A stretch of DNA of 12,105 bases from a bacterium (GTDB lineage Bacteria; Zhuqueibacterota; Zhuqueibacteria; Oceanimicrobiales; Oceanimicrobiaceae), in NCBI GenBank assembly GCA_046757025.1, contig JBHHXN010000157.1, forward strand, positions 1 through 12,105, read 5' to 3'. Made by a program: the position numbers and the translations under genes. This document shows, in pieces, positions 1 through 7,995 of the stretch (position 1 is the stretch's first letter; each line of letters begins with the position of its first letter). Under the pieces are notes generated by a model that made no database searches, was not told the DNA's origin, and was given only the letters and a program-made list of their open reading frames with translations.

Positions 1-44
1 TAGCTTACCAGAATCACGCAGGTCCAAAAAATCAGTTTGAGCAT
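1..44 (-). CDS. Partial CDS (5' end only), probably a GT2-family glycosyltransferase with an N-terminal membrane anchor
   Basis: ATG at 44-42 reads MLKLIFWTCVILVS and runs off the window edge at TA-. This hydrophobic N-terminus resembles the 'M..IFW....Y.Y.GYP' start of membrane-anchored GT2 enzymes and has the same orientation as the cluster. Only 14 codons are visible, and the next codon could be Tyr or a stop. Confidence 0.45.
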   Translation of the reverse strand, partial: MLKLIFWTCVILVS

Positions 45-125
45 CAATTAATATTTATAAGTTTTAGATAACACCTTAATCCAAGAGTAGCCAGTTGAAT
101 AATCTATAATGAACATTTGTGTAGG

Positions 126-166
126 ACCCCCCCTAAATCCCCCCTCGATGGGGGACAAAGGGGTGT
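126..166. repeat. C-run/G-run palindromic element (CCCCCCCTAAATCCCCCC-TCGAT-GGGGGACAAAGGGG)
   Basis: Inner hairpin TCCCCC..GGGGGA at 138-155 with outer CCCC/GGGG arms. It is a GC island in AT-rich intergenic DNA. Confidence 0.6.
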
Positions 167-246
167 ACCCGCCTGATTATCAGTTCAAGCTCTTCACACT
201 AAAAATTATAGTATTACTTCTGAACTTTTGCATTTTTTTACAAGAA

Positions 247-416
247 AATGGCTAAATGACGCGAAGTGAATGACACGACCCGTCATAAAGTCATCAGGTC
301 ATTTGCCTTTGGCGTCATTTTAGACAGCAGCAATAATTCACCTCTGTCAATGACAGCGAGGCTTAATGACGGCTGATAATAGCACCATGGTTTGGACCAC
401 AACAAAGCAAGTCATT
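247..416. repeat. Cluster of short AATGAC/GTCAT repeats forming an imperfect palindrome
   Basis: AATGAC occurs at 255, 269, 349 and 365. GTCAT occurs at 282, 290, 298, 314 and 411. AAATGACGC (254-262) is the exact inverse of GCGTCATTT (312-320). Confidence 0.65.
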
Positions 417-570
417 TAAACATTTGCGGCTCCGCCGCGCTAGGTATTAATACCAATTGTTCATCAGTTAATGTCTAATTCAATATCTATTAACTGAATA
501 CGCTTGATTTGACTTCTGAAAAAACACCGGCCACTACGGCTGATTACAATATGGCTGTTATTTCATACTT

Positions 571-725
571 AGTGTTTGAACGAAAACTCAGTTTTTTGCT
601 GTCATTGCGAGTCCCGATTTTCGGGAAAGCAATCTCCGTCTTAGGCACGGCAGGGATTGCTTCGTCCCGCACAAAACGCGGGACTCGCAATGACAGGGCC
701 TTGGGGAAGTTTTCGTTCAGACACT
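571..725. mobile_element. MITE-like non-autonomous element, 155 bp with 18-bp terminal inverted repeats
   Basis: AGTGTTTGAACGAAAACT (571-588) and AGTTTTCGTTCAGACACT (708-725) are inverted at 17/18 positions. There is no credible coding capacity and no unambiguous target-site duplication. Confidence 0.6.
599..696. repeat. REP-like palindromic element of the GTCATTGCGAG...GCAATC / GATTGCTTCG...CTCGCAATGAC type
   Basis: Perfect 18-bp inverted repeat CTGTCATTGCGAGTCCCG (599-616) / CGGGACTCGCAATGACAG (679-696). Inner stem AAGCAATC (627-634) / GATTGCTT (655-662). Internal hairpins at 612-626, 636-650 and 664-684. Confidence 0.85.
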
Positions 726-901
726 CTTTAGTATTCTATTTGTATTTCAGAGACTTAAATCAAAATGCATACGGTTATCCAATTTACTCAGAAAATGTCA
801 TTCTGGAAGTTGGCTGAGCTAACTAGATAGTCGTACGAAATGTAACTGTTTATTTATTTTTATTCAATAACTTTTTTCCAGGCCGATTTTGTGACTTCCG
901 G

Positions 902-2281
902 TTAGATTAATTCTTCCTCCGGCAAATCCGCAATGGCGCGCATGGCAGCAGCCAGTCCGAACAGCATCCAGAATTGTGTGTCCTGCTGCAGCGAAAGAAA
1001 CAGGCAGGAAATCAGAAATCCGAAAAATCCCAGCTTCAGGGCTTCGGCCAGGTAAGCGAGGTGCGGACGCTTTTTTTGGATGAAAAGTCGCCGACTGTCT
1101 TCAAAATAGCGCAGGGTGATCCAGATGAGGCCCAGAAAAACCGCCAATCCGGGCAGGCCGGTTTCCGCGGCGATTTCCAGGAAAATATTGTGCGCGGGCT
1201 GGTGCCGGCTGATAAACTGAATGGAAATGTCCTGAAAATTGCCGAGGCCGATACCCAGCAGGGGATTTTCCAGGAACAGCCGCCAGGCGTTGGTGAGCAA
1301 CTGCCATCGCTCATTGACCGAGGCATCGCCGCGGACGTTGGAGATGGCGCTGAATCTATCCCATATTTCGGCTGGAATCAAAAACAGCGCTACCACCGCT
1401 CCGATTAAGCTGATAAACAGCACGCTGCGGTAGTGACGTTTTTTTATCACAAACATCAGCAAGACCAGCCCCAGACTCAAAATGCCGCCTCGGGAAAAAG
1501 TCATGATGGTCGCGGCCACCAAAGCCGCAAACAGTAAAAACCCTCCCACTCGTTGACTTCGGGTTTCTGCATAAAAAAATAAAAACAAGGGCACCGGCAG
1601 AAAGGCGACTAACGTGGCGGCGTAAATATTGGGATCGTGGCTCAGGCCGATAAGTCTGGTGATGGCCTCGTAGGCTGTTTGTCCCTGTAGTACCGCCGAA
1701 GCGCCCTGATATAAAATGTACAGTCCGTAGAAAAAGGAAATCTGCAGGGCGGTCAGAATCATGGCGATGCACCAGTAAAGGCGCCTTTTGCTGGTCACAA
1801 GATTGATGACCAGCAAATATATAATGATGGATTTTATCCAGACGATGAGTTTGAGCATGCTGACTTTCTGGTTCAGCGAAAACGGAATCGACAAAAGCAA
1901 GGCCGCTAACAGCAGCGCCACAAAAAACAATTGATTTTTGGGGAGGATAAAATTAAGATCAAATTGCCAGGCCCGCTGTACTACCGTGGCCAGAATGACC
2001 AGCAGGGCGGCTGCCAGGAACCCGCCGGGGATTTCCAGTCCGGCAAAAATATTAGAAAAGATTAGAAATAGCAGGATTAACAAGCCGGCAAAAGGACTGG
2101 CAAAAATGAGCCAGAGAAACACACCCGCGAATACGGCTGCTGGCACAACCCAGATGACGCTGTCGCTGATCACCGCAACCAGTAAAAGAAAAAACAGCAT
2201 GCCGGCCGCCGCCAGCAATTTGCTGAGGTCTTTGCTTAAAACAGAATGTTCAATTTGCTGAGGTGCGAAATAGTTGAGCAT
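902..2281 (-). CDS. O-antigen ligase/polymerase family (Wzy_C-like) polytopic membrane protein, probably the cluster's Wzy polymerase
   Basis: 459 aa with many transmembrane segments. Motifs include DPNIYA, TFSRGG, S..ERW..L..AW..F.ENPLLGIGLGNF and AHNIFLEIAAETGLPG. It is co-located with wzx and a co-polymerase. Confidence 0.85.
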   Translation of the reverse strand: MLNYFAPQQIEHSVLSKDLSKLLAAAGMLFFLLLVAVISDSVIWVVPAAVFAGVFLWLIFASPFAGLLILLFLIFSNIFAGLEIPGGFLAAALLVILATVVQRAWQFDLNFILPKNQLFFVALLLAALLLSIPFSLNQKVSMLKLIVWIKSIIIYLLVINLVTSKRRLYWCIAMILTALQISFFYGLYILYQGASAVLQGQTAYEAITRLIGLSHDPNIYAATLVAFLPVPLFLFFYAETRSQRVGGFLLFAALVAATIMTFSRGGILSLGLVLLMFVIKKRHYRSVLFISLIGAVVALFLIPAEIWDRFSAISNVRGDASVNERWQLLTNAWRLFLENPLLGIGLGNFQDISIQFISRHQPAHNIFLEIAAETGLPGLAVFLGLIWITLRYFEDSRRLFIQKKRPHLAYLAEALKLGFFGFLISCLFLSLQQDTQFWMLFGLAAAMRAIADLPEEELI

Positions 2282-2463
2282 GGTTTTATTTAAAAGCTAT
2301 TTGATTGTAAAATCAGACGCTCTTTAACTTTAAAGCATCATCTATTGATTGTCTTGAATCAAACTTACAGAAATAAAGTTAGACTGCTTTCAGATAAGAT
2401 TTTCCCCGTTTTCTCTGAGTTGTATTCCTAGCATACCAATCTTATGTAATCCTTTTTTAAGGC

Positions 2464-3666
2464 CTATTTTAAAATAGAAATAATTTCACGAAACAGCCTT
2501 TCTGAACTATTCCCATCACAAAACTGATTGAATTGTTTTTTTATTTTTTCTCGTTCCGCAGAATATAATGCTGGATTCTGCAAAAATTTATCCAGCCAAT
2601 CCATGACGTCCTGCCAGTTGGCGGCTTTGGGTCCCGGCGTGACTTCGTGGTATTCGTAGTAGAGCTCGCGGTCTTTTGAAACGTACGTTTCCAGATCGAA
2701 CGGCGTGAACACAATCGGCCGGTTCAATAATAAATAGTCGAAATAAATACTGGAGTAATCGGTGATCAGGATATCTACCTCCGGCAGCAATTGATTCACA
2801 TCCGGCAAATCCTCTTCTCGCGCCACCTGAATTTGCGGACGCTTTGCTGCGATGTTTATGAAGGCGTTGTTCGTCAGCAAATGGCCTTTGATGATCAACA
2901 CCGCTCTTTTGGATTGTAGAAAAGCGGCCATTTTTTCAGCATCAAATGTGTCAAAAATCGCCAGAGAGGCTTTGTCGGTGTCTCGGAAGGTCGGCGTGTA
3001 TAGAAACACGTGCTGGTAGTCGTACTCCGACTTGATCCTTTCCGTAAAGGCCTGAGGCGGTTTATTTCGGCAAAATAACACATCGTTTCTCGGGTAGCCC
3101 GTGACCAAAATGTTTTTCAGGGGTCGTTGAAACGCCGAGGCTAAACGCCTGGCAGTTTCTTGTGAAGCAGAGATGAGATAGTGATATTTTTCTCTGGTAA
3201 AGGGCAAAATCCACTCTTTGATTTTTTGCAACATGCGATTTCTTTGCACGTTGAGCAGCCTGGAATCGTTTTCGATTTTTTTGAGCGGCGTGCCGTGCCA
3301 CAACTGAATGATTTTGGTGCGGTTCAAAAAATAACGGTTGACATCGTATTTATAACAATTGATGACGGCTATTTTAGCGCGAGCCGAAATCCAGCACGCC
3401 GGCAAACCGTTGCGGTAATAGACCGTCGCATTTTGTTTTTTAAAATGCTCATAAATCGTCGGGCTTTTGGTGAGCCAGACCGCTTTAATTTCTGGATGAT
3501 ACTGCCGGACATAGTTGAAAAAAGCTTCGCTGTTGTCGCCCCGGCCCTCCCCGTTCCAGGCGCCGAAAATCCAGAGGCGTTTGTTTTTGGGAATGAAAAA
3601 TGCCAGCCAGTAAACGGGTAATAATAAAAAATAGTAGAGTCTGATGAGCTTTTTCATTAATCGCAT
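2464..3666 (-). CDS. CDP-glycerol:glycerophosphate (polyol-phosphate) transferase, TagF/TagB family
   Basis: Motifs IQLWHGTPLKKI, TGYPRND, YTPTFRD and DILITDYSSIYFDYLLLNRPIVF. The start is probably ATG 3666 or ATG 3657; the ORF track starts at TTG 3669. Confidence 0.9.
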   Translation of the reverse strand: MRLMKKLIRLYYFLLLPVYWLAFFIPKNKRLWIFGAWNGEGRGDNSEAFFNYVRQYHPEIKAVWLTKSPTIYEHFKKQNATVYYRNGLPACWISARAKIAVINCYKYDVNRYFLNRTKIIQLWHGTPLKKIENDSRLLNVQRNRMLQKIKEWILPFTREKYHYLISASQETARRLASAFQRPLKNILVTGYPRNDVLFCRNKPPQAFTERIKSEYDYQHVFLYTPTFRDTDKASLAIFDTFDAEKMAAFLQSKRAVLIIKGHLLTNNAFINIAAKRPQIQVAREEDLPDVNQLLPEVDILITDYSSIYFDYLLLNRPIVFTPFDLETYVSKDRELYYEYHEVTPGPKAANWQDVMDWLDKFLQNPALYSAEREKIKKQFNQFCDGNSSERLFREIISILK

Positions 3667-3737
3667 CAATATCGAATCGTGTCCTGATTTTGTTCCAGTT
3701 CCTGATCATTCTGTTGTCAGATGAGAGGCAGCAGCAG

Positions 3738-5246
3738 TTATTCGAGATAATTTTGCAGCTCGGCGATGCTGTTGATGATCAAATCCGGCACGTCCTCCAG
3801 TGGCTCGATATCCTCGCGGTTGGTTTCGCCTGAGAGCACACACACGAAATCGCAGCCCAGATTTCGGGCCAATTTCATATCGGTGTAGAGGCGATCGCCG
3901 ATGACCACGATGTCCGTCCGGTTCAAGCCGTTTTTGGTCAGGATGTGATCCACCATACCAGAATGCGGTTTGCCAAATACTCGCACGGGGGTTTTGTGGG
4001 TAGCGGCTTCGAACAGCGCCAGCATGGCGCCGATATCCGGAATCGGACCTTCGGGAGTGGGACAAACCAGATCGCAATGAGTGGCCAGGAGGTCGGCGCC
4101 CTGATTGAGATAAATGGCAGCTTGTTTGAGTTTTTCGTAAGTCACTTCGGTGTCGTAACCCAAAACCACGTACTCCGGCTGGTCTGAATCTGCGTTAAGT
4201 CCCGCTGCCACAAAAGCCTGCTTCATGGATTCCGTGCCAACTAAATACACGTTTTTGACCCGGTTTTGCGTGAGGAACTCGATGACGCCGTCGGTGGAGA
4301 GTACGAAGTTTTCTTCTCGGGATTCGATGCCCAGGTCGCGCAGCTTGGCCACGTAATCCTTTTTCGAGCGGGAAGAGTTGTTCGACAAAAAATAATATTT
4401 CATGCCCGCTTGTTGTAATTTGGTGAGCACTTTGTCTGCTTCTGGAAGTAATTTGTTGCCGAGAAAAATCGTGCCGTCTAAATCGATAAAACACAGCTTT
4501 TTATCTTTCAGCGAGAAACTGGAAAAGGCCTGGTCGGCCACTGCCAGGTCTTCGAAGTTGTCGATTTCCACCCAGCTTTTGTTTGAAATTTCGAACGGCT
4601 GCATTTTCAGGTCGCCCGTCTGCAGAAGTCGCTGTATGGCGATTTCTGTCCAGTCTTTTAAATTGTTTTCGCCCGCAATGATCTTTCGCATCTCCTGAAA
4701 CAAAATGGTCGAGCTTTTAGCAGAAAATTTATAGATATCGATGGAATTGCCATAGGCTTCATTTTGGGGGATTTCTTTGCTGATGTTGCTGATGAGACCC
4801 GTTTCATTCAAGGTGATCTTCATGGCTTCCTCGGAATAGCTGCCTTTGTCGGCAGCGATGAGATCTTCATCAGAATGCACCAGCTCGTAGATAATGCTGG
4901 TATCGAATACCACGTCGCCATTGCTTAAAATGAAAGATTCGTTTTCAACATCTGGCGCCGTGAGGAAGAGCGAATACATGTTGTTGGTGACCTCGTAGTC
5001 CTCGTTTTCGATTAATTTGATATGGATGTCGCGTGTATGTTTATAGTACTCTTTGATTTTGCTGGCTTCGTAGCCCACCACGATCAGGATATCCTTAATG
5101 CCGGCCGCGGTATAGGCTCGAACCTGATAATCCAGAATGGGTCTGCCGGCCACCCGCACCAAACATTTTGGTTTTTTCGAGGTTAAGGGTCGCAACCTGG
5201 AACCGACGCCGGCAGCTAAAATAACGGCTTTCAATCTGTCCTCCAT
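3738..5246 (-). CDS. Fusion of a LicC/Gtp2-like sugar- or polyol-phosphate nucleotidyltransferase (N-terminal) and a HAD-IIA/NagD-like, Gtp3-like phosphotransferase/phosphatase (C-terminal)
   Basis: N-terminal motifs: KAVILAAGVGSRLRPLT..KPKCL, TNNMYS, GDVVFD, WVEIDNFEDL. C-terminal HAD motifs: DLDGT, SNNSS, GKP, GDRLYTD. Likely start is ATG 5246 (MEDRLK, 502 aa), overlapping the wzx end by 16 bp. The ORF-track start at 5282 lies deeper inside wzx. Confidence 0.88.
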   Translation of the reverse strand: MEDRLKAVILAAGVGSRLRPLTSKKPKCLVRVAGRPILDYQVRAYTAAGIKDILIVVGYEASKIKEYYKHTRDIHIKLIENEDYEVTNNMYSLFLTAPDVENESFILSNGDVVFDTSIIYELVHSDEDLIAADKGSYSEEAMKITLNETGLISNISKEIPQNEAYGNSIDIYKFSAKSSTILFQEMRKIIAGENNLKDWTEIAIQRLLQTGDLKMQPFEISNKSWVEIDNFEDLAVADQAFSSFSLKDKKLCFIDLDGTIFLGNKLLPEADKVLTKLQQAGMKYYFLSNNSSRSKKDYVAKLRDLGIESREENFVLSTDGVIEFLTQNRVKNVYLVGTESMKQAFVAAGLNADSDQPEYVVLGYDTEVTYEKLKQAAIYLNQGADLLATHCDLVCPTPEGPIPDIGAMLALFEAATHKTPVRVFGKPHSGMVDHILTKNGLNRTDIVVIGDRLYTDMKLARNLGCDFVCVLSGETNREDIEPLEDVPDLIINSIAELQNYLE

Positions 5247-6514
5247 AATTTGTGTTTTTTTACGCCATAACTTCTGATGCAAAATACGATGAATTCCGTG
5301 ATCAGCACCATCACGGTGATGGAATAGATGTTTAACAGAGACGAAACTGTCAAAAAGATCAAGCCCAAAATGTGAATCGACGAAGCGATGATCACACTCA
5401 TGTTGGCAATATTCTGGTGACCGAGGGCGGCTAAAAATGGATAGCCAAACAGCACCGACGGCACGATGAACAAAATGACCAACAGGAAAATTCTAAAAGC
5501 TGCGATGCTGGCTTCGAATTCTGAGCCGAAAACAAAGATAATAATTTTTTCTGCAAAAACATAGCCTAATATACAAATAACGGTATTTAGCACCACCGTT
5601 AATTTGAAGATTTTTTTAAAGAACCGCACTGCGTTGGTTTTGGACATAAAAGGGTAGAGTGCGTTGTTCAACGGGTTGTACAGCGAACGAAACGCCATGT
5701 AGAGTTTTTCCGCGGCTGAGTAGTAACCGACGATTTCGGTGCCGCTGTGGAGTCCCAGAAAAAACGCGTTGCTGGAGGTGTACGTCATCACCGAGGCTCT
5801 GGAAAAAAAGAACTGCGAGCTTTCTACACGTTGCGCTTTCATGGTTTTGAAACCGGGACAAACAATCTTCATTTTGTACTTTTTGAAAATCAACCATAAA
5901 GCGGAAACCCCTGCCACCAGCAAGCCGATGGAATTGAGAAGAGGCACATAGAGATAATCGGCGGCGCTTCGGATAAAAGTAAAAATACAAATCAGGATAA
6001 TGGATTTGGCTAAAATGTTGAGCAGAGTGAAATCTTTCATGTTTTCCTGGCCTTGAAAAAACCACACGGGCAGGCAAAGATTTCCCAGCACCATGCCAAA
6101 CGTAAACAGATAGACGAGCCAGTCGTGGGTAAATTTTGCGACGTTGAAAACCACGATATTCAAAATGACAAAGCTGATGAGCATCAACACCAGCTTGATG
6201 AGCATGACCGAGTTGAAAATTTCCACCACTTTATGGGCGTTGTCACGGTGCACAGCGACATCTTTGGTGGCGGACAGTTCGAAGCCAAAATCGGTAAGAT
6301 AAACAAAATACTGCATGAACGCCTGGGCGAACATGATGAGGCCGAATTTTTCAGCTCCCAAAACTCGCACCAAATAGGGCAGCGTGATGAGCGGCAGGAG
6401 ATAATTCACACCCTGAAGAACGGACAGCGAAAATACGTTCGTAAATAATCTCTTCTTTTCGTGGGCATCCGGCTGCTGATTTTTCTCCACCGTCGAATTT
6501 AACTGAGATCTCAA
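5231..6514 (-). CDS. wzx: Wzx-type O-antigen/polysaccharide repeat-unit flippase
   Basis: Hydrophobic ~427-aa protein with NYLLPLITLPYLVRVLGAEKFG, TDFGF, WFFQGQE.M and VGYYSAAEKL motifs. The start is uncertain: TTG 6514 or GTG 6490. Confidence 0.9.
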   Translation of the reverse strand: MRSQLNSTVEKNQQPDAHEKKRLFTNVFSLSVLQGVNYLLPLITLPYLVRVLGAEKFGLIMFAQAFMQYFVYLTDFGFELSATKDVAVHRDNAHKVVEIFNSVMLIKLVLMLISFVILNIVVFNVAKFTHDWLVYLFTFGMVLGNLCLPVWFFQGQENMKDFTLLNILAKSIILICIFTFIRSAADYLYVPLLNSIGLLVAGVSALWLIFKKYKMKIVCPGFKTMKAQRVESSQFFFSRASVMTYTSSNAFFLGLHSGTEIVGYYSAAEKLYMAFRSLYNPLNNALYPFMSKTNAVRFFKKIFKLTVVLNTVICILGYVFAEKIIIFVFGSEFEASIAAFRIFLLVILFIVPSVLFGYPFLAALGHQNIANMSVIIASSIHILGLIFLTVSSLLNIYSITVMVLITEFIVFCIRSYGVKKHKLWRTD

Positions 6515-6734
6515 TTTTATCTATTTTTGTTGACAGGTTTATGAAATCAGGTCATTTAGATTTATTTAATTGCAGAAGAATGCGCGAGGGAAAAAGGATG
6601 GATAATAAAGGATTTTAAGAGCCCATCCCGATCTAACCTGGCGCTCGGGAGCTGGAAGCTGGATTTTATGAAATGGAGAACGGGGGTTTTGTATGAGCGA
6701 TCAATCTGTACCGGTTGAATTTTTTCTCTCTCCT

Positions 6735-7955
6735 TTATGGACTCTGTTTCCTTTTAAAGAAAAAGAAACGTTTCGCGTCGCCACGAAAAGCGCTGTACGC
6801 TGAAACAAAACGGTCGTACTCCTCGGGATTTTGAACGCGAATTTTCTCGATATAGCCGTTGATGACGATGGTGAATCCGCTGATAAAAAAGCTGAGCAAA
6901 GAAGCCGCCAGCACCACCAGCGCCCTTTTGGGTTTGCTTTTGCGTTCAGGTAAGTCTGGCGGGTCCAGGATTTCCACCGTGGGGGTATCCCGCGATTCCT
7001 GAATGCGCGCCTGTTCGTATTGTTTCACCAGCAGCTCGTAAATCGCCTTTTGAACTTCCACATCCTTATAAAGAAAAATATACTGCAAGCCGAGGTCCGG
7101 TATTTTAGAAAACGGCAGCAACAAATCCGAATCCGCTTTGCCGTTTCCGTACTCGATGAGGTTCAGTTGATTTTGTAGAGCGGCAATCCGATGTTTCACC
7201 AATTTAATTTTTTCATGCGACTTCGAGAGCTGTTTTGTCAGAACGTCGTATTCCACTTCATTCAGAGCAATTTGCGCTCTGATTTCCGCTGCCGCCCGGA
7301 TAGATGACAAAGATTGTTCTTCCAGCGAAATCACCGAATATTGTTTTTGAAAGTCGCGCAATTTTTCTGCGGCCAGACGCAGGTCTTGGTCGGCCTCTTT
7401 CATGCGTTTTCCGATGAATTCGCGCGTGTAACGTGCGGTGGTGTAGCGCGCGCTCTGGTTCACGCGGTCCAGCTCTTCCACAAACACCTGGCACATTTTC
7501 TGAGAGCGCTGCCGGGTTCTGGCGGTGATGGAAATGGCAATGAAGCCCTCGTCAGTTAGCTCAATCTGGGTTTGGCCATCTAACTGCCGCAAAGCATCCT
7601 CCATCAAATCTTCCTCCCAGATGGTCATGAGGTCCAGCCTTTTGATGACTTGCTCCCGCACATTTCGGCTCTGCAGGATGCCGATGTAAATGTCGGCCAT
7701 GGTGCTGCCGAAACCGAAAGCGCCGGAAAGGTTAAACGGCACATCTGAGATGAGCGATAACATGTTCAAACTGGCGTCAGAAGAACTCTCCGGCGGCATA
7801 ATCGTGGCCGTAGAAGTGTACCAGTGCGGTAAGATTAAAGAGATGATGAGACCCAGTATCGTAAAAATGAGAAAATTTCGGAGGATCAGACGTCGCCAAT
7901 TTAAGATGGTCGCAATAAATCCTAAAAACGAAACTTCTTTTATTTCTTTTTCCAT
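6735..7955 (-). CDS. Polysaccharide co-polymerase / chain-length determinant (Wzz/GumC-like, GNVR-type C-terminus), with no kinase domain
   Basis: N-terminal TM followed by P.WYTSTATIMPP, then a long predicted coiled-coil periplasmic region, then a Pro-rich motif (ILDPPDLPERKSKPKR) before the second TM. 406 aa. Confidence 0.85.
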   Translation of the reverse strand: MEKEIKEVSFLGFIATILNWRRLILRNFLIFTILGLIISLILPHWYTSTATIMPPESSSDASLNMLSLISDVPFNLSGAFGFGSTMADIYIGILQSRNVREQVIKRLDLMTIWEEDLMEDALRQLDGQTQIELTDEGFIAISITARTRQRSQKMCQVFVEELDRVNQSARYTTARYTREFIGKRMKEADQDLRLAAEKLRDFQKQYSVISLEEQSLSSIRAAAEIRAQIALNEVEYDVLTKQLSKSHEKIKLVKHRIAALQNQLNLIEYGNGKADSDLLLPFSKIPDLGLQYIFLYKDVEVQKAIYELLVKQYEQARIQESRDTPTVEILDPPDLPERKSKPKRALVVLAASLLSFFISGFTIVINGYIEKIRVQNPEEYDRFVSAYSAFRGDAKRFFFFKRKQSP

Positions 7956-7995
7956 AAACGATTAATTTTCTAAATCAATCCGTTCAACTGTTGCC

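Noticed and set aside
247..416. Possible CRISPR array
   Set aside because: The repeats are only 5-9 bp, occur in both orientations and lack regular 30-40-bp spacers. No cas genes are present.
509..817. 102-aa plus-strand ORF
   Set aside because: It has a TTG start, no obvious RBS and no recognisable domain, and it reads straight through the MITE/REP palindrome. It is most likely a chance ORF.
2301..2362. FNR boxes upstream of the wzy-like gene
   Set aside because: The TTGAT..ATCA half-sites are spaced 6 and 8 nt apart, not the canonical 4.
2464..3666. Wall teichoic acid locus
   Set aside because: The TagF-family gene sits with Wzx, Wzy-like, OPX and co-polymerase genes, and no tagA/tagD/tagGH are visible. 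Polysaccharide substitution or linkage is more plausible.
6619..6653. Rho-independent terminator between the co-polymerase and wzx
   Set aside because: The stem is only 6 bp with a 13-nt loop and has no adjacent clean U-tract on the minus strand. It is kept only as an instance of the micro-hairpin.
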